Positions 31,201 through 39,688 of a stretch of DNA of 63,924 nucleotides are shown piece after piece (position 1 is the first letter of the stretch; every line of letters starts with the position of its first letter). Below the pieces are notes generated by a model, which saw only the letters and a program-made list of their open reading frames with translations, searched no databases and was not told the origin of the DNA. This DNA comes from Paludibacter sp. (GTDB lineage Bacteria > Bacteroidota > Bacteroidia > Bacteroidales > Paludibacteraceae), in assembly GCA_020049335.1 (NCBI GenBank), contig JAIFKX010000075.1, positions 1 through 63,924 of the forward strand. Direction: 5' to 3'. The translations under genes were made by a program, and so were the position numbers.

Positions 31201-32946
31201 ATGAAAAAAATTACTTTAATAGTGCTAAGCGTTATGTGTTTTGCCACTATGGCCAATGCCCTTACTTTTTATGTAGATGGTGTAAACGGCGACGATACCT
31301 TCGATGGTCAAACTTGGGCAACTGCCAAGAAAACAGTGAAAATGGCAGCTACTATGGCGTATGGAACACCGGGAGTGGATGATATTTTTGTAAAAGGTGG
31401 CACTTATGAGCAAGGTATGGGGCAATTGAGGTTTTTAACAGGTGATAATTATTATGGGAGTTTTGCTGGTACTGAAACATCTCCTTCCGAACGACTTTTG
31501 AATGATAATGATGGGAATGGAATTACCGAAGCGTGGGAGTTTAAATATCCTACTATTTTGAGTTCTGTTTCAAGTAATAGAGATACGAATACTGCAGGGG
31601 TAAGTGCTGGCGGGGCATTTATTATTAATTTTGCCCCCACGGGAAGTACCCTTACAGCCATCATTGTAGATGGATTTACCTTTACCCATGTATTGAATTA
31701 TACATCTCTTGTTTCCACTCTCAAAACTATAAATCCTAGCATTTTTAGAAACAACAGCATTACAAATTGTATGCTTAGCTACCCGGTTACGGGGTCATAC
31801 TGGTCTGTGTTATGTAGTTTGAAAGGTTCTATTACCAACAATTTGATTGAAAACAATAGTTTATCTCTAAATGCTACTTCTACTTTTAGCAATGGTACTG
31901 CATATCCAATGTTATTTATTTCTTCCGAAACAACTGCATCAAATTGTATTGTCCGTAACAATGTATTGAATTTAGATTACAGCCAGATGAGTCCGAGTGC
32001 TAATGCAAATGGGAATTCAATAGGCTTAATGGTACATGTGGAAGGAAAGACTCCTTATTCTGCAAATAACAAAAATACAGTTGTCAAAAACTTTATTATA
32101 CATAACAATGAAGTAAATTATACAGGGTCAATTAATACCCATCCTACTACTGGTGTTGTTACTGATGTGACTAAAATGTTGCGTGGTGCTATACTTGCAA
32201 CTGCAAGTACATTTCCTTCCGACTCAATATTAAATTGTGTAATTGCAAACAATAAAACCACCAATTGTGCTTCAGCCGGTATGCACTTGTATTTTAGTAC
32301 TTTTGCCGCAGCAGCAACCCCTCAAAGTGGAATTCAAGCTTGGAACAATGTGTGTTGGAACAATCAGAATGATGGGGTCGTATCCAATATGAAATGGTTG
32401 CAGGGTACGGGTTTAACCTGGAATGTAAACACGCTTATCAGCAATAATTATACAAATGGAGGCGGAATTGATAATCTTTTCCCCAATATCGCAAGTCTAG
32501 ACAATACTTTGGATGCTGTAACCAACAATCCTAAATTCAAAACGCCTACTGTAACTGTAGGTAATACTTATGATTTATCATCAGAACAATCTGTATGGTC
32601 AATTCAAGAGGGTTCTTACTTGGCAGGAAAAGCCTTAACCTCAAGCAATCTTACAGACAAAGCAGGAAAAGCATTTAAAAATCCGGGAGCAGTAGGTGCT
32701 TACGAATTGGCAGCACCTTCAGCCCTTCATAACGCTTTCGAAAACAAAGCATTCAGTATAGTTGCTGGCAAGAACAGATTAGATGTGATAAACATTACCA
32801 CTGGTAGCATTGCTATGGTATATAACTTGGCAGGAATGAAAATGGCTCAAAAAGACATTACTTCTTCAGTACTTTCCTTCGATTTACAAAGTGGAATCTA
32901 TTTGGTTCGCATTGGCAATTCGGTTCAAAAGGCGATTGTAAGATAG
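31201..32946 (+). CDS. T9SS-secreted protein with one uncharacterised beta-helix-like domain
   Basis: Signal peptide; FYVDG..GDD..DGQTWATAKKT, DNDGNGITEAWEF, repeated IxNN Asn-ladder motifs, VGAYE, CTD YNLAG...SGIYLVRI. Confidence 0.75.
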   Translation: MKKITLIVLSVMCFATMANALTFYVDGVNGDDTFDGQTWATAKKTVKMAATMAYGTPGVDDIFVKGGTYEQGMGQLRFLTGDNYYGSFAGTETSPSERLLNDNDGNGITEAWEFKYPTILSSVSSNRDTNTAGVSAGGAFIINFAPTGSTLTAIIVDGFTFTHVLNYTSLVSTLKTINPSIFRNNSITNCMLSYPVTGSYWSVLCSLKGSITNNLIENNSLSLNATSTFSNGTAYPMLFISSETTASNCIVRNNVLNLDYSQMSPSANANGNSIGLMVHVEGKTPYSANNKNTVVKNFIIHNNEVNYTGSINTHPTTGVVTDVTKMLRGAILATASTFPSDSILNCVIANNKTTNCASAGMHLYFSTFAAAATPQSGIQAWNNVCWNNQNDGVVSNMKWLQGTGLTWNVNTLISNNYTNGGGIDNLFPNIASLDNTLDAVTNNPKFKTPTVTVGNTYDLSSEQSVWSIQEGSYLAGKALTSSNLTDKAGKAFKNPGAVGAYELAAPSALHNAFENKAFSIVAGKNRLDVINITTGSIAMVYNLAGMKMAQKDITSSVLSFDLQSGIYLVRIGNSVQKAIVR

Positions 32947-32955
32947 TAAAAAAAG

Positions 32956-33050
32956 TTTGAAGATTTGAAGATTTGAAGATTTGAAGATTTGAAGATTTGA
33001 AAATTTGAAAATTTGAAAATTTGTCCCGATAGCTATCGGGATGAAGATTT
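32956..33050. repeat. 8-mer tandem repeat (TTTGAAGA x5, TTTGAAAA x3) interrupted by palindrome TCCCGATAGCTATCGGGA
   Basis: Counted directly at 32956-33023; 18-bp perfect palindrome at 33024-33041; repeat resumes as TGAAGATTTG. Confidence 0.9.
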
Positions 33051-33205
33051 GTCCCTGCAATTTTTGGGGTTGAAGATTTCAATTTAAAAAACTGACAATT
33101 TTAGGATTAAAAACAAAACATTAAATAACCCGTCTGACCGCTTTGAGCGGTTGGGCGGATTTTAAAACAATTAATCAAGAATCAATCAATTTAAAACAAT
33201 TAAAA

Positions 33206-35098
33206 ATGAAAAAACTTACTTTTTTGATGATTTGCTTTTTGGGCATTTCGATCATGGCAAATGCAGCTGGTCCTTATTTTGTAGATTATAGCAAAGTTGA
33301 CAATTCTGGAGATGGTTTGTCTTGGGAAACAGCCAAAAAAACCATTGCAGGAGTAGTAGCTACTTCAGGTGAAAGTGTATATGTAAAATCCGGAACATAC
33401 GCCCAGAGTACTACAACGCTGGTGTTCATTGCGGAAGTAAATTATTACGGCAGCTGCGATGCAGCAAATACCGGTACGGCCACTACCCGTTCATTGAGCG
33501 ATTTGGATGGTAATGGTATAATTGAGCCTTGGGAGTTTACGAATGCCACATTGTTAACAACAACTTATGCCAGTAGTACTAATCAAGCATTTACTTTAGA
33601 CGGGAATGTAGATGGTTTTGTATTTAAACATACATGGACTGCCGGTACGGGAATGACAAGAACATTTGGTGGTCAATCGACAATATCCACTTTTAAAAAT
33701 AATACCATACGTAATTGTGAATTAAGTTTGAAGGCAGCAGCTAGCTTTTGGTGTCCGGTATTAAACATCTCAGGTATTGCATCCGACTGTTTGGTTGAAA
33801 ACAACAAATTAACTATAACAACAACGAGTGCTTTTAATAATGGTACAGCTAGAGGTTTGGTTATAATCAATACCGGATCAAAAGCATCAAACTTCATTAT
33901 TCGTAATAATCTACTTAATTATAATTATAGTGCTTTATTATCGACATCAACAGCAAATGGCAATACCAATGGTTTGATAGTGCATTTAAATAGCGCAGCT
34001 GCAGGAGGCACAGTTGTGAAGAATTTTGTAATCAATAACAATGAAATAAATTTTACAGGCTCTTCTTCTTCTCCGGCATTGCCCATTGCATCCCGTGCTG
34101 CCGTATTGAGTTGTGCGGGTACTATTGCCACTGATTCAATATTGAACTGTACAGTTGCCAATAACAAAACAACCAATCTACTTTGTGCCGGTATTAATTT
34201 CAATTCGTCTAGTTCAAGTGTTATTTTGCAAGGATATAACAATGTGGCTTACAACAATTACAATACAATAACCAGCACCAGCACGACTTCATTAAGTAAT
34301 ATGGTTATCACACCTAATGTTATAAATACCGGAGGTTTGGTTAGCAATAACTATACAAACGGTGCAGGCTTAACCAATGGAACCCGTATTACAAACAACG
34401 ACAATACCCAAACTGCTATTGATAATACCATTTTCAAATTCAGTAATCCTACAGATTATCAAGGATTGCCAACAGCTTACGCTGGTAACCCGGTAGGTCA
34501 AACTGCAGTTTCGTCGCTTTGGTCGCTTACTTCAGGTTCGTATTTAACTGCCAAAGGTTTAACCTCGAGCAACAAATATGATAAGGCAGCCAACCTATTT
34601 GCAGCTACTCCTGCTATTGGGGCGTATGAATACAGCACGTTTACTACCACGCTCAGCATTGGTGCCAACGGTGGTATATCTGGTTATACCCATGCCCAGG
34701 AAGTAACCAGCGACTATGCTGCACAAGTGGCTTATACCATTGCTCCAAATTCAGGTTTTAAAGTTCTTTCATTGCTGTACAATGGTGTGGAAAGCAAATC
34801 CAGTATTGTAAGTGGCGTATTTACTGCTCCTGCTCTGATTGGCAACGCTACATTGGCAGTAACTTTTGACATAAGTACAGGACTTGTCAATGCTTCTGAT
34901 AATGTAAGATTGATGGGTTCTAAAAACTTGTTACAAGTGGAAGGTTTGAAGCAAGGCGATATGATTAGCGTTTATAATCTTGCTGGCGCAAAACTTGCCA
35001 CTAAAACAATGGCAGGTAACTCCGCTTCTTTCTCACTGAACAGTGGGATTTATTTGGTAAAAATAAATAATAAGGTAAATAAAGTTGTAGTTAACTAA
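33206..35098 (+). CDS. T9SS-secreted beta-helix-like protein (paralog) with a short Ig-like repeat and CTD
   Basis: Same domain as 31201 (GDGLSWETAKKT, DLDGNGIIEPWEF, LNCTVANNK, IGAYE); ATG 33206 gives a signal peptide. Confidence 0.75.
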   Translation: MKKLTFLMICFLGISIMANAAGPYFVDYSKVDNSGDGLSWETAKKTIAGVVATSGESVYVKSGTYAQSTTTLVFIAEVNYYGSCDAANTGTATTRSLSDLDGNGIIEPWEFTNATLLTTTYASSTNQAFTLDGNVDGFVFKHTWTAGTGMTRTFGGQSTISTFKNNTIRNCELSLKAAASFWCPVLNISGIASDCLVENNKLTITTTSAFNNGTARGLVIINTGSKASNFIIRNNLLNYNYSALLSTSTANGNTNGLIVHLNSAAAGGTVVKNFVINNNEINFTGSSSSPALPIASRAAVLSCAGTIATDSILNCTVANNKTTNLLCAGINFNSSSSSVILQGYNNVAYNNYNTITSTSTTSLSNMVITPNVINTGGLVSNNYTNGAGLTNGTRITNNDNTQTAIDNTIFKFSNPTDYQGLPTAYAGNPVGQTAVSSLWSLTSGSYLTAKGLTSSNKYDKAANLFAATPAIGAYEYSTFTTTLSIGANGGISGYTHAQEVTSDYAAQVAYTIAPNSGFKVLSLLYNGVESKSSIVSGVFTAPALIGNATLAVTFDISTGLVNASDNVRLMGSKNLLQVEGLKQGDMISVYNLAGAKLATKTMAGNSASFSLNSGIYLVKINNKVNKVVVN

Positions 35099-35136
35099 TT
35101 TTCTCTTTATACTTTAAATTCATAAAAAAAATAATC

Positions 35137-38100
35137 ATGAAAAAACACATCTCATTAATTATTAGTATTCTGTGCATTTCTGCTATGGCAAATGCAGCTG
35201 GTCCTTATTTTGTAGATTTTAGCAAGGCAAATGATAACGGCGATGGCTTAGGCTGGGCAACAGCAAAACAAACTATTTTAGCTGCATCAACTCTTGCAGC
35301 TTCGGGCGAAAATATTTATATAAAAGGCGGGACTTTCACAACTTCTACAGCTATGGTATTTAAAGCAGGTGTAAACTATTACGGCAGCTGCGATGCCGCA
35401 AATACATTAGTAGCCACTACCCGTTCCCTGAGCGATATGGATGGCAACGGCGTAATCGAACCTTGGGAATTCTCAAATCCTACACTTCTTTCTTCAACAA
35501 ATAATAGCACTTCAGGCACCGCAGGTGTATTTAATTTTGCATCTCTTTGCTCTATAGATGGATTTGTTTTTACAAGTACATATTCTGGAGGAACTTATGT
35601 AAGAGTTTTTACTCAAGACGCTTCACCTAATAATATTTATACATTTAGAAATAATATTATTAGAAATTGTAACATCTCTAATTCAACTGGTGGTGCTTCT
35701 GCCGGTTTTCTGACACTTACAGGTACATCTACCAATTGTCTGATTGAAAACAATCGGTTTAATGTTACTACCACTGCTACATTTAACAACAACACCAATA
35801 GAGGATTGGTTGTGGTAGGTTCAGGGGCAAATGTTTCTAATTTTGTGATACGTAATAATAACCTGAACTATAATTTAAGTACAGTTAAAGCTGGTATGAC
35901 TAGCAATTCCAGCACCATGGGTTTTATTGTGCAATTAGCAGGTGGTGGTGCTACAGTTGTGAAAAACCTGATTGTTAACAATAACGAGATTTACTTTACA
36001 GGATCTGCTACTTTACCCACCGCAACCCGTGGAGCAATTTTGAGCTTTGGAAGTACTACTGCTACCGATTATATTCTTAATTGTACTGTTGCCAATAACA
36101 AAACCACCAATTTGAGTTGTGCTGGTATTAGTTTCAATTCCGCCATAATTCAAGCATATAATAATGTTGCTTTTAATAATTATAATGGTGGTTCTTTAAG
36201 CAATATGGTTATTCCTACAGCAATTACCACCGGTGGATTAGTTAGTAATAACTTTACAAACGGTGCCGGTATAGCGAATGCAACTTATGCTGCCAATAAT
36301 GATAACACACAAACGGCTACCGACAACAGCTCGTTCAAATTCAGTAACCCTACCAATTACCAAGGCCTTCCAACTTCTTATTCCGGTAATCCGGTAGGAA
36401 AAGCGGCTGCCACATCACTTTGGAGTATTGCTTCGGATTCGTATTTAGTAGCAAAAGGAATTACCAATTTGAACATTGTAAATGACAAAAACGGAAATGC
36501 TTTTGCTGCCACACCTGCCGTGGGTGCGTATGAAACCCAAGCAACCTATTTTGTCGATTTCAGTAAAACGGATGATAGCGGAGCAGGAACAAGCTGGGAA
36601 ACAGCAAAAAAAACGATTGCGGCCGCTTCGGCATTAAGTAAGGCTTACGATAATATCTATATAAAAGGTGGTACATTTACGACGGGTGCTTTAGTTACCT
36701 TTGTTGCCAACAGATATTACTATGGCAGTTGCGATGCTTCCAACACCGGAACAACTACTACCAGAGCAGTAAGCGATTTAGACGCGAATGGCATTGTAGA
36801 ATCTTGGGAATTATCCAATCCGACCCAAATTTTTTCAACTTTCTATGGCTCTCCAGCCATTACAGTAGCTGCTTCCATTGTGGATGGTTTTGATTTCAAA
36901 TATACTATCAATAGCAGTGCTGCTTCAGCACCAAGATTTCTGGTATTTTCCAATGCACCTATTTTCAGAAATAACAGCATTCAGAATTGCAATATAACTT
37001 ATGCGAATGGAACGGGTTTAAGTGGTGCAACTTTTCAAGTGTTGATGAATCCTCTTGGGACTTTTAGCAATAATTTGGTTCAAAATAACAACTTAACTTT
37101 TAATGCGACTTCCGATTATAACGGTGGTACTGCTTACCCTTTTTTGTATTTAAGTGGAGTTAGTGCTTCGGGTTGTATTGTTCGTAACAATAAAGTAACG
37201 TTGAACTGTGCTTTAGCAACCAGTGTTAGTAATAATTTATATCCATTTGTTACTATCTCAAAACATTCAGCTTTAAAAACAGTATTGAAGAATAGCATTA
37301 TTCACAACAATGAAGTGGCATATACTGGTTCACTTTCATACCCTACTTTTCCCAACTGTGGCGCAATTACTTTGTATGCGGCAGGTGTAACAGACTCAAT
37401 TTTGAATTGTACGGTAGCAAATAATAAAATGACCAATGCTGCTACTACTGCCGGAATAAATTTTAATTTTCAAAATACTACCAAAGGCATTCAGGCATAC
37501 AACAATGTAGCCTGGAATAATTACAATGGCAGTACATTGACTAATTATAATTCTGTAGCGGAAGTAACAATGGGAACCGGAACTCAGATTAAAAATAATT
37601 TTAGCAACGGAGCAGGTTTAACCAATGGAACTAAAATAACCGGTTCGGATAATACTCAGACAGCTACGGATAATACTCAATTTTTATTTGCAACACCCAC
37701 TACTGCGGCTGGTAATACCACTGATTTGACTTCAGAAAAATCAGTATGGTCGCTTACTTCGGGTTCATATTTAATAGCCAAAGGCATAACTTCGAGCAAC
37801 AATTACGATAAAGCTGGTAACAGTTTTGGGGCAACTCCGGCAGTGGGTGCTTACGAATATAAAAATATAATTATTAATAGCACTACAAATTGGAGTGATT
37901 TGCCATCGGCAAATGCTGGAACTGACATTTTAGTTTCATCGGGTGAACTTATTTTAAATTCAAATGCAGCTATAAATAAGGTTACTGTTGCTCCTGGCGC
38001 AAAACTTACCTTAGGTTCAAACACATTGACTGCAACCAATGGTATCACCCTCGAAAGCAATACTGACGCAACTGCTACTATTTTAGATAGTTATAGCACA

Positions 38101-39432
38101 CCAACTTTAATTGCCACTGTTCAACAACATGTAAGTGCTGGTCGCAATTGGTATTTAAGTTCGCCAGTTTCTGCAGCTCCTTATACCTGGTTAAGTCGTG
38201 GTACGAGTGTTCAAGGATGGAATGAAGCAACCAAAGCATGGGTTCCGGTAACTGAGGGTGCGTTAGTAAGAGGTAAAGGTTATGTACAAGTTGCTACAAC
38301 CATTGTTTCACCTGCATCCACTACCGGCACAACAGGAACTGTAAACGTAACTGGTACAACCAACTCAGGCGATGTAGCAATTACCGTTAGCCGTACCGAA
38401 TCGAGTTCGAGTTGCGGATTTAATTTAGTAGGTAATCCGTACCCTTCGTACTTAAAATGGACTGGCGTGAATGGATTTTTAGCAGAGGCAACCAACGATA
38501 GTATTAGTACCAGCTTTTGGTATCGCACCAAAAACAGTTCCGATGCGTATGTGTTTACAACCTATAACGGTTCAAGCCATTTGGTTGTAGGGGGCACAAC
38601 TTTAAATAATAATGCCCTCAACGAGTTTATTCCTCCAATGCAAGCATTTTGGATTCGTGTAGATGCAAATACAGCAGTTTCAACTCATAACGTTAGACTT
38701 ACCTTTAAAAACAATATGCGTTTTCACGGAGTGGGCGATAACAATAAATTCAAAGCACCAAAAGCCGATGAGCGACAACTAGTACGTTTGCAATTAGCTA
38801 ATGGCAATCAATCAGACGAAGCCTTGCTATATTTCGATGCTGCTGCTGCAAACAGTTTCGATAATTACGATTCGCCAAAGATGATGAATAACAGCGCTAC
38901 CTTGCCCGACTTGTACACTACTGTTGGAACGGAACGCTTGGTAATAAATGGTATGAATGCAATTGCCGATAATATGGAATTACCACTTGGCTTTACGCTT
39001 AAAGCAGCTGCCACCGGACTGAAACTCAAAGTTAGTGAACTCAGCAACTTTGCAAGTGGCACAAAAGTATATTTATTGGATAAAGAGCAACATGCGCAAA
39101 CCGAACTGCTTCCAACAACGGAATACACTTTCGACACTTCCGTTTCTACCACCAACAACGAAAACCGATTTGCTCTGCTTTTCCGTGCACCAAGCGTTAC
39201 CACAGGAATTGATAATGCCGAATACGCAAACATAAAAGTTTATGTAAATGCCAACCGTCAAATTGTAATTGACGCACAGGCAGGCAACAACTACGCCATT
39301 TACAATGCATTGGGACAAATCATTGAAAACGGAAAAACAATTTCAAACTTTCAAACGTCAAACGTCAAACTCTCAAACGGAGTTTATTTGGTAAAAGTAG
39401 CTAATCAGTCAAACAGAGTTATAATTAAATAA
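35137..39432 (+). CDS. Large T9SS-secreted protein: two tandem beta-helix-like domains + adhesin-type C-terminal module + CTD
   Basis: Two copies of the domain (DMDGNGVIEPWEF; DLDANGIVESWEL; each ends VGAYE), then NWYLSSPV, FNLVGNPYPSY, IPPMQAFW, YDSPKM and CTD YNALGQ...GVYLVKV. Confidence 0.8.
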   Translation: MKKHISLIISILCISAMANAAGPYFVDFSKANDNGDGLGWATAKQTILAASTLAASGENIYIKGGTFTTSTAMVFKAGVNYYGSCDAANTLVATTRSLSDMDGNGVIEPWEFSNPTLLSSTNNSTSGTAGVFNFASLCSIDGFVFTSTYSGGTYVRVFTQDASPNNIYTFRNNIIRNCNISNSTGGASAGFLTLTGTSTNCLIENNRFNVTTTATFNNNTNRGLVVVGSGANVSNFVIRNNNLNYNLSTVKAGMTSNSSTMGFIVQLAGGGATVVKNLIVNNNEIYFTGSATLPTATRGAILSFGSTTATDYILNCTVANNKTTNLSCAGISFNSAIIQAYNNVAFNNYNGGSLSNMVIPTAITTGGLVSNNFTNGAGIANATYAANNDNTQTATDNSSFKFSNPTNYQGLPTSYSGNPVGKAAATSLWSIASDSYLVAKGITNLNIVNDKNGNAFAATPAVGAYETQATYFVDFSKTDDSGAGTSWETAKKTIAAASALSKAYDNIYIKGGTFTTGALVTFVANRYYYGSCDASNTGTTTTRAVSDLDANGIVESWELSNPTQIFSTFYGSPAITVAASIVDGFDFKYTINSSAASAPRFLVFSNAPIFRNNSIQNCNITYANGTGLSGATFQVLMNPLGTFSNNLVQNNNLTFNATSDYNGGTAYPFLYLSGVSASGCIVRNNKVTLNCALATSVSNNLYPFVTISKHSALKTVLKNSIIHNNEVAYTGSLSYPTFPNCGAITLYAAGVTDSILNCTVANNKMTNAATTAGINFNFQNTTKGIQAYNNVAWNNYNGSTLTNYNSVAEVTMGTGTQIKNNFSNGAGLTNGTKITGSDNTQTATDNTQFLFATPTTAAGNTTDLTSEKSVWSLTSGSYLIAKGITSSNNYDKAGNSFGATPAVGAYEYKNIIINSTTNWSDLPSANAGTDILVSSGELILNSNAAINKVTVAPGAKLTLGSNTLTATNGITLESNTDATATILDSYSTPTLIATVQQHVSAGRNWYLSSPVSAAPYTWLSRGTSVQGWNEATKAWVPVTEGALVRGKGYVQVATTIVSPASTTGTTGTVNVTGTTNSGDVAITVSRTESSSSCGFNLVGNPYPSYLKWTGVNGFLAEATNDSISTSFWYRTKNSSDAYVFTTYNGSSHLVVGGTTLNNNALNEFIPPMQAFWIRVDANTAVSTHNVRLTFKNNMRFHGVGDNNKFKAPKADERQLVRLQLANGNQSDEALLYFDAAAANSFDNYDSPKMMNNSATLPDLYTTVGTERLVINGMNAIADNMELPLGFTLKAAATGLKLKVSELSNFASGTKVYLLDKEQHAQTELLPTTEYTFDTSVSTTNNENRFALLFRAPSVTTGIDNAEYANIKVYVNANRQIVIDAQAGNNYAIYNALGQIIENGKTISNFQTSNVKLSNGVYLVKVANQSNRVIIK

Positions 39433-39513
39433 TGTGTTGTTGTGCTGATACGTTGATGTGTTGATAAAAGAACACGAAACGTGAAACACGAAACGCGAAA
39501 CAAAATAAGTATC

Positions 39514-39675
39514 ATGAAAAAGAAAAAATATAGAGCACCCCGTATCGAATGGATACCACTTGACAATGAAATTTCGCTTGCATTGGAATCTAATCCACCT
39601 TTAGGACCCAATGAAGGATTTCTAAGAATTTCTAACGATAAAATTCAGGATCCATTCAAATCAAATAACTGTTAA
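39514..39675 (+). CDS. Small (53-aa) protein KKKYRAPRIEWIPLDNEISLALESNPP.GP.E
   Basis: ATG 39514 in an A-rich context, 13 nt before susC; resembles short Y-x-x-P-x-I-E peptides seen beside large surface-protein genes in Bacteroidales. Confidence 0.6.
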   Translation: MKKKKYRAPRIEWIPLDNEISLALESNPPLGPNEGFLRISNDKIQDPFKSNNC

Positions 39676-39688
39676 ATTATAGTTTAAA

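Noticed and set aside
32956-33023. 8-mer array or ORF 32858-33082 as CRISPR or coding sequence
   Set aside because: Simple microsatellite without spacers; the ORF is just its translation (FKSSNLQI repeats)
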